This document shows positions 37,411 to 47,867 of a DNA stretch of 64,000 nucleotides, one piece after another; positions within the stretch are counted from its first letter, which is position 1; every line of letters begins with the position of its first letter. A program made the position numbers and the translations under genes. Under the pieces are notes generated by a model. The model made no database searches and was not told where the DNA came from. It saw only the letters and a program-made list of their open reading frames with translations. The stretch is from assembly GCA_051252375.1 (NCBI GenBank), contig JBPOFY010000001.1, positions 576,001 through 640,000 of the forward strand, written 5' to 3'. Source of the stretch: Opitutaceae bacterium. GTDB lineage: Bacteria > Verrucomicrobiota > Verrucomicrobiia > Opitutales > Coraliomargaritaceae.

Positions 37411-38010
37411 ATGAAACCTCAGACGACTAACTTCGAAAAATTTCAAACTGGCAATGTAGTTGTGCGACGACTCATTGAGCACTTCTTTTCCAAGATTCGG
37501 CATTACGTTTCCTTGCGCCCTATTTCCAATATGCTGGATGCAGGTTGTGGAGAGGGGATGACGCTCTATCAATTGAATGACTTGTTGCCAGAGTCAGTCA
37601 CTGCATTCGACCTCAATCCGACTTGCGTGGAATACACTAAAGCACTTTTCCCAGAAGCTGCGATCACGGTGCAAAATATTTACGAACTACCCTACGAGGA
37701 AAAGTCATTCGACCTAGTGCTTTGCATGGAGGTGATGGAGCACTTGCCTGATCCGCTGGAGGCCTTGAGGGGTCTGAAGCGAGTGGCTGCGGGTCGAATC
37801 ATTTTGTCAGTCCCGCATGAACCCTGGTTTCGCTTGGGTAGCCTTTGTCGTGGTAAATACTTGAAGACCTTTGGCAACCACCCTGAGCACGTTAACCATT
37901 GGTCACCCGCTACATTTAAAGCATTTCTTGAGCAGGAGTTTGATCAGGTGACTGTGGACACGTCTTTCCCGTGGATTATTGCTGAAGTCATCGTTTCGAA
38001 AGCTCCGTAG
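37411..38010 (+). CDS. Class I SAM-dependent methyltransferase
   Basis: MLDAGCGEG, FDLVLCMEVMEHLPDP, EHVNHW. Confidence 0.9.
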   Translation: MKPQTTNFEKFQTGNVVVRRLIEHFFSKIRHYVSLRPISNMLDAGCGEGMTLYQLNDLLPESVTAFDLNPTCVEYTKALFPEAAITVQNIYELPYEEKSFDLVLCMEVMEHLPDPLEALRGLKRVAAGRIILSVPHEPWFRLGSLCRGKYLKTFGNHPEHVNHWSPATFKAFLEQEFDQVTVDTSFPWIIAEVIVSKAP

Positions 38011-38021
38011 GTTTATCAATC

Positions 38022-38420
38022 ATGGCACTGGAACTAAAAGCTTTGGTCACTCGCTTTGGACGGCTTGGCGTGGTGGCTATCTGTAGTTTCCTTGCAAATG
38101 TGCTGCTGACGGTAGGTTTAACCGAAGGGCTCTCGCTGCCCCCGCAAACTGCTTTTGCGATCGTGCTGGTATGTATCTTTAGCGTGAATTTTTGGGTCAC
38201 GCGACGTTGGGTGTTTAGTGATCGAGTAGAAGGCTCGAATGCATGGGCGCAATTCGTGAAGTGCCTAGCTGTCTCGGCGAGCTTCCGCGTATTGGAATGG
38301 TTCGCTTTTTATCTGTTGCTCGACCTGTGGCACTTCCACTACGTCGTCACATTGGTAGGAGTTTTGTGCCTGTCTTTCGCGCTTAAATCTTTGATTTATG
38401 AGCGCTATGTATTCCGCTAG
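38022..38420 (+). CDS. GtrA family lipid-linked sugar flippase
   Basis: 132 aa, four TM helices, NFWVTRRWVF and ERYVF. Confidence 0.85.
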   Translation: MALELKALVTRFGRLGVVAICSFLANVLLTVGLTEGLSLPPQTAFAIVLVCIFSVNFWVTRRWVFSDRVEGSNAWAQFVKCLAVSASFRVLEWFAFYLLLDLWHFHYVVTLVGVLCLSFALKSLIYERYVFR

Positions 38421-39382
38421 AGATTGAGTGTCTGCGCGACATGTTTGTCGGTGTCGCTTTTATCTTGTCGCGTAATCATTTCGGCAATCAGTCCCAGTGA
38501 GACTAATTGCGCCCCGAGTAGTAGCAGTAGTATGCCGAGGAAGAATAGTGGTCGTCCGCCGATTTCTGTGCCGAAAAACATCTTGCTGAACGAAAGCCAA
38601 GCGAGCGTGGCAAATCCGATAAAGCCTGCCAAGAATCCAGTGCCACCGAATAAGTGAGCGGGTCTGCGCAGGTAGCGACTGGTAACGACCACCGTGATCA
38701 GATCGAGGAGACCTTTCAGGAACCGCTTGCTGCCGTATTTTGAAACGCCGTGTTCTCGAGGGTGATGTTGCACTGCGATTTCGCCAACAGAGTAGCCTTC
38801 TGCGTGTGCGAGAATGGGCACGAAGCGATGGAGCTCACCAAAGAGCTTAATGTCTTGCGTGACTTCACGACGATAGGCTTTGAAGCCGCAGTTGAAGTCG
38901 TGGAGTTGCACGCCGCTGGCCGCACGAGCGAGACCGTTGAATACTTTGGACGGTAGGGTTTTGTTGAGTGGATCGTGGCGCACCTTTTTCCACCCGGAGA
39001 CCATATCGTAGCCTTCGTCTAATTTATTTAAGAACGCGGGTATTTCGTTCGGGTCATCTTGTAGGTCGGCATCGAGTGTGAAAATAATGTCTCCCGTGGC
39101 TTTGGAGAATCCAACTTGCAAGGCCTCGGCCTTTCCGAAATTTCTGCGAAAGCGTAGTCCCGTGCAGTGCTCCGGTTCGCTCTCGCATAATGCTTCGATC
39201 GCACTCCAAGAGCCGTCGGTGCTACCATCGTCGATGTAGTAAACTTTGAATTGTGTGTTGCCGCTTTTCTCCATCACGGTAGCGATGCGTTTATAGAGTT
39301 CGGCGATAGTCTCCTCCTCGTTGTAAACCGGAATGACGTAACTGATGGAGGGGTGTGCTTTTTGATTCGTGATGTTCGACAT
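38417..39382 (-). CDS. GT2 polyprenyl-phosphate glycosyltransferase (ArnC/GtrB-like) with two C-terminal TMs
   Basis: VIPVYNEE, DDGSTD, RNFGKAEA, LDADLQDDP, DFNCGFKAYR, ELHRF. Confidence 0.92.
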   Translation of the reverse strand: MSNITNQKAHPSISYVIPVYNEEETIAELYKRIATVMEKSGNTQFKVYYIDDGSTDGSWSAIEALCESEPEHCTGLRFRRNFGKAEALQVGFSKATGDIIFTLDADLQDDPNEIPAFLNKLDEGYDMVSGWKKVRHDPLNKTLPSKVFNGLARAASGVQLHDFNCGFKAYRREVTQDIKLFGELHRFVPILAHAEGYSVGEIAVQHHPREHGVSKYGSKRFLKGLLDLITVVVTSRYLRRPAHLFGGTGFLAGFIGFATLAWLSFSKMFFGTEIGGRPLFFLGILLLLLGAQLVSLGLIAEMITRQDKSDTDKHVAQTLNL

Positions 39383-39416
39383 GGGATATCAGTAAAAAAT
39401 AGAGGGGGTCAGTTTG

Positions 39417-41282
39417 CTACTTCGCTGTGGGTAGGGTAGCGGGAACTAGGTTTAAAATCGAGGTTAGATAATCGGTGAGGTTTCCTGCGGGATCTACCTC
39501 TGGTGGTAGATTTGCTGGGGCGGTTGCGTTTTGTGGCGTAGATGGTTTGAGACCGACGACGCGTTCGATACTATAATAGAGGTTTTCTTTGATGGGCTGC
39601 ACCGCAACTGATTCTAGCTCGAAACGGGCGTTGAGCGATCGATAGCGGCGAGGAGTGATCTTCTCGCCTCGTCCGTTTAGGTAATAGACTGTGAAGGCAT
39701 AGATGTCGTCATAGAGCCCCCATTCTTGTGTTTTGAGTATGCGCTCTGGTATTTGATTCGCGACGACGAAAGGGACGGTTGCTTGTCTCAATAAGCCAAA
39801 GCCAATGGCTGACTCAGCGAGGATGAGATGGTTGCCTTGAGGCATTTCCTCCTGTGCCCAATGTAGTGCCCAATCGTAGCCGGCAGAAACGCTCATCCGA
39901 GGTTCATCGTTGAGCCGAGCCGTATGTGAACCGCTTAGACCGATGATGTAGAGTCCTGCCACTGCATACATCCATTTGGATGGTTTCTGTAGCTTGAAAT
40001 CATATAGTAGCGCCATCGGGACGCTGAATACGAAGAAGAGCTGTAAAGGGAATGAGAAGCGCGACGTAGCGGGATCTGTCCATGCGCCCCAATAGCAAGT
40101 CAAGGCGAGGAAGGTGTTTCCTGCGACGATCAGGAAGACGACGAGTGGGACGGTGAGTCCATTGTCTGACTTGATGAAGGAGGGCGCCTTACGAAGGCAT
40201 TGAATGGACAGGAACAGTATCGAGATGGTTCCTGCCGAGCTGAGCAAGACAGAGTTGGAGTAGTCGCCAGTGAGCTCAAAAAGATAAGTGGCTGCATGTG
40301 CGAGGTTATCAGGCAGGTGATCGAAGCTGAAAAAGTTTTCGCCTGTGGTCTGGATGAAATTCGGGTAGCTCTGAAAGATTTTGTATGAAAGCAGCGGGAC
40401 GATGAGTAGCAGTGGGCTGAGTGCTGCAAACCAAGTCAGCATGAGCGTTTTGCTGCGATAGCTTTTCAATAAAAACAAAGTCGCAGGCACGAGCACGTAG
40501 AGGACTGATTCGTAGCGATTGTTGGCCAATAAAATCGCCACCATGAGCATGAGGTTTAAGCCCTCGCTGCCCTTGCTTTTCATGTAATGCAGCCCGGACA
40601 AAATGAGACCGCAAATTAGGCACAGATTGAGTAGCTCATAACCGCCACCGTTGGTGTTTTGTGCAAAGAGCGGTAGTCCTGCGGCGAGGAGTAAGGCAAG
40701 TATACCATGGCCGCGACTCGTCGTCTTTGCGGTCACTGTGTAGATTAAGCCGAGCAATAGAAGCGTGAGTGCTGAATTTAGCCAAAAAATATTTTCAAGG
40801 CGATACCCCGTGAGGCTATGAACTAAGGAGGTGACAAAGGGGAACAGTCCCGGGCGCTTGTCGACAAAGCCAATTTTGGTAATGACGTCGTCGCCGATGT
40901 TATGCGAAGCGGACTGCACAAATGCTTCTTGCTCGTGGTGCATACTCATTGCGGTAGAGCTCAAGACGTGCTCATCGAACAGTATCTTAAAACCACGGTC
41001 TACGTGGGTGTGTAGATAACATGTCGCTGCGAGTATAATGATGAGCGCAGGCCAGTGCTTTTTGAGCGCCGCTGTAACGGTCGTCAGATTTGTCGACTTG
41101 AAGGGTTGTCCTAGATAAAAAAGGAAAAGCGCGCACGTGCCGCCGAGCATCCAATAACTGTAATATTTGACTGCATGCACAGCCATTTCTGTGCTGATGA
41201 GTTTTAGAGGAATCAGCAGTGCTAACATCGCGGCAACTGCAGCGATCCCAATTTTTAAAAGTGTCTGTGATTTCTCGGGCAT
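39417..41282 (-). CDS. GT-C fold membrane glycosyltransferase, paralog 3
   Basis: ILFDE, GFVDKRP, GYRLEN, GGGYELLN, NRYE, SRFSFP; start at ATG 41282. Confidence 0.75.
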   Translation of the reverse strand: MPEKSQTLLKIGIAAVAAMLALLIPLKLISTEMAVHAVKYYSYWMLGGTCALFLFYLGQPFKSTNLTTVTAALKKHWPALIIILAATCYLHTHVDRGFKILFDEHVLSSTAMSMHHEQEAFVQSASHNIGDDVITKIGFVDKRPGLFPFVTSLVHSLTGYRLENIFWLNSALTLLLLGLIYTVTAKTTSRGHGILALLLAAGLPLFAQNTNGGGYELLNLCLICGLILSGLHYMKSKGSEGLNLMLMVAILLANNRYESVLYVLVPATLFLLKSYRSKTLMLTWFAALSPLLLIVPLLSYKIFQSYPNFIQTTGENFFSFDHLPDNLAHAATYLFELTGDYSNSVLLSSAGTISILFLSIQCLRKAPSFIKSDNGLTVPLVVFLIVAGNTFLALTCYWGAWTDPATSRFSFPLQLFFVFSVPMALLYDFKLQKPSKWMYAVAGLYIIGLSGSHTARLNDEPRMSVSAGYDWALHWAQEEMPQGNHLILAESAIGFGLLRQATVPFVVANQIPERILKTQEWGLYDDIYAFTVYYLNGRGEKITPRRYRSLNARFELESVAVQPIKENLYYSIERVVGLKPSTPQNATAPANLPPEVDPAGNLTDYLTSILNLVPATLPTAK

Positions 41283-41286
41283 CGGG

Positions 41287-42168
41287 TTACAGATAGGCGA
41301 TCTTTCGAGTGACGTCTGGCACGACAACTACATTGCGGCTGGCACCTGCAGGAATCGTGGCTGCCAGCGTGGCTGCTTCGGTTGGTAGTTGCTGCCCCTT
41401 GAAGTCGTAAAAGGTATAGCCGATATCGATCAGCAATTGGTGTATGTTTTCGAAGGCTCTGGCATGCTCGGTCTCATTGTAGTCGGGGGCCAACTCCATG
41501 AGGATGGTGGGGCGCAGTGTTGAAAAAGTATTTCGTCCGCCGGAGAGAACGTCCCACTCATGACCATCGACATCGATCTTAACTAAATCGAGGCGCTCGA
41601 TTTGATTGGCTTCGACTAGCGCGTCTAGCGTCGAGTGTTGGGCATCGCCAAGTGTTTTGAGAACTCCTTGGTGAGAGGGGTGGCGTTCGTCGGTCGAGTC
41701 AAATGGCCAACTTGAATGAATACTTCCGGCTATGCTCGAACCTTCTTCGCCTTCAGGTGCGCGTAAGACGCAATGGAAGGGATGGATTTGATCGGCGATC
41801 GTTGGATTGAGCTCAATGTTCCGTTGCAACTTATTGAATGCATACTCCGTGGCTTCGATGGCGTATGCTTTGCCGCTAGGGCTGACGCTTTGTCCCATCG
41901 TTAAAGTGTGTGCGCCGATGTTGGCGCCGATATCCATCACCACGTCGCCGTCTTTGACGTTTTGTCGAATAAACTGGCTGAGGTAGCTTTCAAAGCCGCC
42001 AGACAAATAAATCATAAAGTCGACGACTTCTCTTAAATCGAGTTCCCAAGTGAAGGAGCTACGTTGGAATTGACCGTGGACGTCCTTGCCAACGATTTTG
42101 CGTGCTAGTCGAACGATCCGAAAGGCTAGAGACGCGAGAAATATCTTATGTTTGGTTTGAAGGATCAT
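41287..42168 (-). CDS. FkbM family methyltransferase
   Basis: MDIGANIGAHT, AIEA, TLDA, LVKIDVDGHE, PTILME. Confidence 0.9.
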   Translation of the reverse strand: MILQTKHKIFLASLAFRIVRLARKIVGKDVHGQFQRSSFTWELDLREVVDFMIYLSGGFESYLSQFIRQNVKDGDVVMDIGANIGAHTLTMGQSVSPSGKAYAIEATEYAFNKLQRNIELNPTIADQIHPFHCVLRAPEGEEGSSIAGSIHSSWPFDSTDERHPSHQGVLKTLGDAQHSTLDALVEANQIERLDLVKIDVDGHEWDVLSGGRNTFSTLRPTILMELAPDYNETEHARAFENIHQLLIDIGYTFYDFKGQQLPTEAATLAATIPAGASRNVVVVPDVTRKIAYL

Positions 42169-42176
42169 GTATTGGT

Positions 42177-44075
42177 TTACTTGCCGGCCTTGAGAAACAT
42201 GTGGTTGAAGGTCTGCTTGATCGGGTCGTTATCGTTCGCGTTCTTTGCCTGTATAGCGGCTAATAGTAGGTTGGTGTCTTTTCGGCTCTCGTAAAGGTTC
42301 ATTTCTGCCTTCGTCGGTGCTGGCAAGGCGCCTGTCCAGAACAGGCACAGTCGTGCGAACGAACTTTCGGTGCTATTTGACGTCCAAAGTTGAAGAGCGG
42401 CATCCTGCTCACCGAGCTTCCAATGATAAATGCCGGCGATGGCTAAAAGGTTCGGATCATCTTTATTGTGCTCGGTGGCCGCGTTGAGTAGCTCACGGAT
42501 TTTATCTGATGAAGGTTGGGTGGACTCTGGGGAGAGTGCCCATGTATTGAATTTCGCCTGCACGATGGTGCCTTGCATGTCGTCACGTTTGGGATTCATC
42601 TCCAGTGCTTTTTGCGCCCAATGGATCGCGTCAGTATCGCGACCTGTGCGGATGGAAGCATTTGCCAATAGTGCGAAATCTTCTTCCCAAGTGTTCGTGT
42701 CGCGTGCGTCGAAGAAATTGGAATAACCAATCGTAAGGGTGACGATTAAGTAGAGGGCGAAACTATACTTCCATAGCTTAGTGGCGCTTCGCCATGTCGA
42801 AGGAAGCAGAGTGATGCCTGTGCCCAGTATCGCGAGCACTGGCAGCATTGGTAATCGAAAACGATTGGAGGTATAGAAGAGTATGGTTCCGGCAGCGTAG
42901 GCGGTAAAAATGGTTATCAAAGCGATCAGGCATTTGCGATTCTCTGGTTGGCGTAAGCCGACCAGCGTGCCAGCGACGGCGAGAATAAGGAGCGCCCCCC
43001 AATGGATGGGATTGATGCTGAGTTGTAGGTGCTGAGATTTGTGAAAGCCGTAGGTCTTGTTGTCGTATTGTTCGTAGCTGTTGAGGAAATAGTAGGCTTT
43101 GCGAAACATGAGTCCGATCCATTGCCCCGGGTTTTCTTGGATGTAGTTAAATGTTTTTTCCTTCCAGTGCCGGTTCATCGTAGAGATGTCGTGTGGTGGA
43201 ACTTCACCGGTTTCGGCTGCGTAGAGCGCGAGCGATTCGAGCTTGGCAGGGTTGTCGTATTGATCAGTGAACTCCACGCGTATCGCTTGTGCGTAGATGC
43301 GACCATTTGCATCCGGCTTGTTGCCAGCCCACAAATTGTAGGCGCCTTGCCAAGGCAGCATACGAAACTCTCCAGCAATACGTTGATTGGCGAAGCCGAG
43401 CAGCACGAAGCCGAGGATCGGGCCGATGAATGCGATTGCGAGGTGCTGGAGGCGGAAACGCGGCGAAAGAAGGCAGGCTGCAATGGGCCAAAGCAGGGCG
43501 AGTGGTAGCAGGTGCGAACGCAAGGCGACTCCAAGTGCGAGAATGAGCCCGATGGACAGGCTGCGTTGCCATGTCGGTCTTGGAAGCCATGCTACGAGTT
43601 GATCGAATGCGAGCGCGAATGCAGCAGTCGCGAGGAGTATGTCAAAGGCGTCCCCCGCGAAGAACAGCAGGACAGGGTTGAGGCCGATGAGCAGACCCGC
43701 GATCCATGGCGCAGAGGGTGTTTTCCAGATTCGCGAAGCGGTGCGTGCGCTGGCGCCTGCGATGATCGCTAAGGCAATCGCATTGAGCAAGCGAGCGATC
43801 AATGGGAGTGCACCTTCAGGCAAACCAATTGAGAGAAAGAGGGATAAGAGATAGGGGTAGAGTGGTGCGCGGTGAAAGGGCTCTGCGGGGAGCTGACCGT
43901 CCGCCATTTGTTGAGCCAGTAAAAGCGTCTGTTGATTATCTAGCGCGGGGGATTCGCCAAGTGGAGTTTGTCCATAGTGCATGAACCAGACGAATGAGTG
44001 CACTAGTGCCAGTAGCACGATCCACGTAATGGTGCGGGTGTGAACGGTTGGGGGTGCTTGGTTCTCGGCGTGCAT
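42177..44075 (-). CDS. GT-C (GT39-like) membrane glycosyltransferase with C-terminal TPR-like helices
   Basis: PALDN, PFHRAPLYPYLL, GAYNLWAGN, RFRLP; C-terminal AIHWAQKALEMNP TPR-like segment. Confidence 0.72.
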   Translation of the reverse strand: MHAENQAPPTVHTRTITWIVLLALVHSFVWFMHYGQTPLGESPALDNQQTLLLAQQMADGQLPAEPFHRAPLYPYLLSLFLSIGLPEGALPLIARLLNAIALAIIAGASARTASRIWKTPSAPWIAGLLIGLNPVLLFFAGDAFDILLATAAFALAFDQLVAWLPRPTWQRSLSIGLILALGVALRSHLLPLALLWPIAACLLSPRFRLQHLAIAFIGPILGFVLLGFANQRIAGEFRMLPWQGAYNLWAGNKPDANGRIYAQAIRVEFTDQYDNPAKLESLALYAAETGEVPPHDISTMNRHWKEKTFNYIQENPGQWIGLMFRKAYYFLNSYEQYDNKTYGFHKSQHLQLSINPIHWGALLILAVAGTLVGLRQPENRKCLIALITIFTAYAAGTILFYTSNRFRLPMLPVLAILGTGITLLPSTWRSATKLWKYSFALYLIVTLTIGYSNFFDARDTNTWEEDFALLANASIRTGRDTDAIHWAQKALEMNPKRDDMQGTIVQAKFNTWALSPESTQPSSDKIRELLNAATEHNKDDPNLLAIAGIYHWKLGEQDAALQLWTSNSTESSFARLCLFWTGALPAPTKAEMNLYESRKDTNLLLAAIQAKNANDNDPIKQTFNHMFLKAGK

Positions 44076-44223
44076 ACGTTTATCTTTCCCGAAACTCGGA
44101 AATCATCCCTATACTAAGGATCTTACGTTGGGTATCGGCAAGAAGACTTTATGAGTGGTTGGTCTCGTGCGGGGAATTAACATTGATTTTATCGACCTGT
44201 GAGGCCTTTCTCATAACAGACTT

Positions 44224-44916
44224 ATGAATATATCAATCGTCATCCCCATCTTTAATGAAAAGGAAACATTGCACGAGATCGTCGGTCGCGTGCGCGCGGT
44301 TGAGGCGATGGATGTGAAGGAAATAATTTTGGTCGATGATTGTTCGACTGATGGCACGCGCGCCCTTTTGGAATCCGAATTCGACGAGCCTATTTTTAAG
44401 AAGTTATACCATGAGGTAAACCAAGGTAAAGGCGCTGCACTGCGCACGGGTTTTGCTGCGGCAACTGGTGATATTGTTGCGGTGCAAGATGCGGACTTGG
44501 AATATGATCCGGCGGAGCTTCCGGGGCTGATTCGTCCGATAATTAATAATCAGGCGGACGTGGTCTTTGGTTCACGTTTCGTCGGCGGTGGGGCGAATCG
44601 CGTCGTCTTCTTCTGGCACATGTTGGGCAACAAGTTTTTGACGTTGTTGAGCAACATGATGACCAATCTGAATCTCACCGATATGGAGTGCTGCTATAAG
44701 TTGTTTCGCCGTGAAGTTATGGATCAGATCACAATCGAAGAAGATCGTTTTGGTGTAGAGCCAGAGCTGACTGCGAAGGTGTCCAAATTGAATGTGCGTA
44801 TTTACGAAGTCGGGATTTCTTACTATGGCCGCACCTACGATGAGGGTAAGAAGATCGGCTGGAAAGATGGCGTCCGCGCGATCTACGCGATTATGAAATA
44901 CGGACTCTTTCGTTAA
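44224..44916 (+). CDS. GT2 DPM1-like polyprenol-phosphate glycosyltransferase (soluble)
   Basis: [49 protein letters not shown]. Confidence 0.92.
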   Translation: MNISIVIPIFNEKETLHEIVGRVRAVEAMDVKEIILVDDCSTDGTRALLESEFDEPIFKKLYHEVNQGKGAALRTGFAAATGDIVAVQDADLEYDPAELPGLIRPIINNQADVVFGSRFVGGGANRVVFFWHMLGNKFLTLLSNMMTNLNLTDMECCYKLFRREVMDQITIEEDRFGVEPELTAKVSKLNVRIYEVGISYYGRTYDEGKKIGWKDGVRAIYAIMKYGLFR

Positions 44917-46388
44917 ACCTCAGTGTTTAGGAAGGCGACTAATCGCTCAGCGGTCACTTTGCCGATGCCTTCGATTTGTGTGAGTTGATCGGTGGTGGCT
45001 GCACGTAGCTTTTCGATTGATCCGAAGTGATGGAGCAGTTGCTGCTTTCGTTTCGGTCCGAGCCCTGAAAAGTCATCGAGAATGGATTCGCGCAGTCGTT
45101 TGCTGCGTAGATCCGCATTGAAACTATTGGCAAAATTGTGTGCTTCGTCGCGGATGTGTTGGAGCAGGCGCAACGCAGGATCGTGATGCGGGAGGTTGAG
45201 TGGTTCGCGGCCATCACTGAAGATCACGGTTTCATTACGCTTTGCTAGCCCGATCAAGGCGGGCGGTTCCAAGCCTTGACCTAGGAATGCTTTCAGCGCG
45301 GCAGTGACTTGGCCTGTGCCGCCGTCGATCACGATCAAGTCGGGGAAGGCTTTTTCTTCGTCGTGTAGTCGGCGGTAGCGGCGTCCGACGACTTCTTCCA
45401 TCGCGCGAAAGTCGTCGTTCCCAACGAAGGATTTTATTTTAAAGCGGCGATAGTTTTTACGGTCTGGTTTGCCGTCCTTGAAGGCGACCATGGACGCCAC
45501 GCAGAAGCTGCCAGAAATATGTGAGATGTCGAAGCACTCCATCTGCTTGGGGGCGGTCGGTAGGCCGAGTTTCTCTTTGAGACGCTTGACGACTTGTCCG
45601 TGATTGTGAGTGCCCAATAGATTGCGCTCGAACTTACGCGTGCGATGTGTGGTGGCTTCAAGCGCAGTGATCATGTCGCGCAGGGTGGCAGCTTTTTCAT
45701 AAGCTTGGGCTTTGGCCGCGGCAGCCATTTGCTCTTTTAGCTCGGCGAGCCATTCTTTGGCTTTGCCGTCGAGAAAGTCGCAGGCCGCTTCAAGCCGTTC
45801 TTGATAGTCTGCCTCAGTGATCTCATTTTCATGTTCGTAGATTTCCGCACGAGCGTCGTCGTAGAGTCGCCAGCGACCATCACCTAGATCGAGCGGTTTG
45901 GCATCGCTGAGTAAAATGCCGAATTTGCGACGCAGCTCAGCCAGCGTCTTACGCAAATGGTTGGAGTGGGCAAAGGGACCGTAGTAACGAGAGTTGCTGT
46001 CGGTTCGATTACGAGTGAGCCGGAACCGAGGTAGGCTTTCGCGTGGATCCACTCGGACGAGCAGAAAGCGTTTATCATCTGTGAAGTCCGTATTGTAGCG
46101 CGGCTTGTATTTCTTGATCAGCTGCCCTTCGAGGAGGAGCGCTTCTGCCTCGGACTTAACAATGATGATGTCGAAATCGCGAATCAGATCGATCATAGCG
46201 CGCACTTTCGGCTGGGAGACCATGAGTTTGCGCGAGGCTTGAAAGTAGGTGGAGACGCGTTTCTTCAGGTCTTTCGCTTTGCCGACGTAGATCGTCTGCC
46301 CGAGGCGATCTTTCATCATATACACCCCGGGCTGGTGCGTCAGTCGGCGCACCTTTTCTTTGAGGTTTATTTTGTCGGGCTCTGGCAT
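44913..46388 (-). CDS. uvrC: Excinuclease ABC subunit C
   Basis: GIY-YIG motif [33 protein letters not shown], HhH tail; start at ATG 46388. Confidence 0.96.
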   Translation of the reverse strand: MPEPDKINLKEKVRRLTHQPGVYMMKDRLGQTIYVGKAKDLKKRVSTYFQASRKLMVSQPKVRAMIDLIRDFDIIIVKSEAEALLLEGQLIKKYKPRYNTDFTDDKRFLLVRVDPRESLPRFRLTRNRTDSNSRYYGPFAHSNHLRKTLAELRRKFGILLSDAKPLDLGDGRWRLYDDARAEIYEHENEITEADYQERLEAACDFLDGKAKEWLAELKEQMAAAAKAQAYEKAATLRDMITALEATTHRTRKFERNLLGTHNHGQVVKRLKEKLGLPTAPKQMECFDISHISGSFCVASMVAFKDGKPDRKNYRRFKIKSFVGNDDFRAMEEVVGRRYRRLHDEEKAFPDLIVIDGGTGQVTAALKAFLGQGLEPPALIGLAKRNETVIFSDGREPLNLPHHDPALRLLQHIRDEAHNFANSFNADLRSKRLRESILDDFSGLGPKRKQQLLHHFGSIEKLRAATTDQLTQIEGIGKVTAERLVAFLNTEV

Positions 46389-46393
46389 GTTCT

Positions 46394-46435
46394 GAATAGC
46401 TAATGGTTGATAGCTAATTGTTGATGACTGATGGC
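46394..46435. repeat. Heptamer tandem array upstream of uvrC
   Basis: GAATAGC TAATGGT TGATAGC TAATTGT TGATGAC TGATGGC. Confidence 0.75.
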
Positions 46436-46497
46436 AAAAGAGCAATCGATGTTCATGTTTGCACTTTAAGCTATTTAACACTCATTTCCAGTAACCT

Positions 46498-47781
46498 ATG
46501 CCTCAACCAGCTTTAGTCGAAGTCATTAATTTTGGAGACGAACTCCTTGTCGGTATCCGTGAAAACGCGCACCTCACCTATTTGGGCGAGCAATTGGCTC
46601 GTTTCGGTCTGCCGATTCATCGGGCGCGTATCATCACCGATAACGTCAGTGAAATCAAAAAAGCATTTTCAGATGCGTGGGAACACTCGGATGTGGTGAT
46701 CACCACTGGCGGCCTAGGACCGACTGCGGACGACATGACACGCGAGTCCATCGCTGAAGCGCTGGGCGCAGAACTGGAGTTTGACGCTGAAATCGAGGAT
46801 ACGATCAAGGCGCGCTTCAAGGTCTTGGGGCGCCCCATGGCGGCGCATCATTTAAAGCAGTGTTATCGGTTCAAAGAGGGCCATGTGCTGCACAATGAGC
46901 GTGGCACGGCGCCGGGCCTTGTCTATCGCGCGGACGGCAAATTGTTGATCATGTTGCCGGGACCGACACATGAGATGAATCCGATGTTTAAGAAGCAAGC
47001 GCTACCACTACTGCAGGAGGCTGGCTTGCTTTCGACAGAAGAGGCGTATCTGCAAATTCGCACCTGCGGCACAGGCGAGTCGACTATTGAGGAAATGATG
47101 CAGCCCTTGATCGCGAAGCACCCCGCGCTTTCGGTGGCATATTGTGTGCATTACGGAATCGTCGATGTGCGCTTGAGTGGTCGTGGAGGAGCACTCTCGA
47201 TGGATTGCTTGAAAGCGATCGGTCAAGAAGCCCGCGAGATATTGGGCGATGATTTTGTTTGTTTCGGGCATTGCTCCTTGGCGAAGGTGATTTTCCATGA
47301 GTTGCGTGCACTCGATCGCACGCTTGCCGTGGCGGAGTCATGCACCGGTGGCTCGGTTGCAAATGCGTTTACGAACTTAGCTGGAGCATCCAAGGTTTTT
47401 CAAGGCGGCGTCGTTTGTTATACCAACGACGTGAAAATGGACATTCTCGGCGTGCCGGAATGCCTGCTCGATCAACACGGCGCGGTCAGCCCGGAATGTG
47501 CCGTGGCCATGGCTTCAGGCGTAGCTGAAAAACTTTCTGCAGATTACGGCTTAAGTGTCACTGGCTTTGCCGGACCTGGTGGTGGTGACGAGGCGAATCC
47601 TGTCGGCACGATTCACCTCGGCTATCATTCCCCCGTGGGCGTTTGGTGTAAGACGGTTCGCTATACCGGCGGGCGCTTGGATGTGAAAGCACGCGCGGTG
47701 CATGCCGCGCTCGATTGGATGCGACGTAAGCTGAAGAAGTATAAAATGGAAGAAATGCTCAGCTGTGGCGGGAGTGATTAA
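46498..47781 (+). CDS. cinA: Competence/damage-inducible protein A (molybdopterin-binding-like domain + NMN deamidase)
   Basis: GDELL, TTGGLGPTADD, GTAPG, AVAESCTGG, GAVSPEC, SVTGFAGPGG. Confidence 0.93.
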   Translation: MPQPALVEVINFGDELLVGIRENAHLTYLGEQLARFGLPIHRARIITDNVSEIKKAFSDAWEHSDVVITTGGLGPTADDMTRESIAEALGAELEFDAEIEDTIKARFKVLGRPMAAHHLKQCYRFKEGHVLHNERGTAPGLVYRADGKLLIMLPGPTHEMNPMFKKQALPLLQEAGLLSTEEAYLQIRTCGTGESTIEEMMQPLIAKHPALSVAYCVHYGIVDVRLSGRGGALSMDCLKAIGQEAREILGDDFVCFGHCSLAKVIFHELRALDRTLAVAESCTGGSVANAFTNLAGASKVFQGGVVCYTNDVKMDILGVPECLLDQHGAVSPECAVAMASGVAEKLSADYGLSVTGFAGPGGGDEANPVGTIHLGYHSPVGVWCKTVRYTGGRLDVKARAVHAALDWMRRKLKKYKMEEMLSCGGSD

Positions 47782-47867
47782 GGTGCCTGCCTCGTTGCTT
47801 CGTTAATTGTATTCTTCGCGCTTCCGTCTTGCGCTGACTCGGGGAGGCTCCGAAACTGGGGGTTCCT

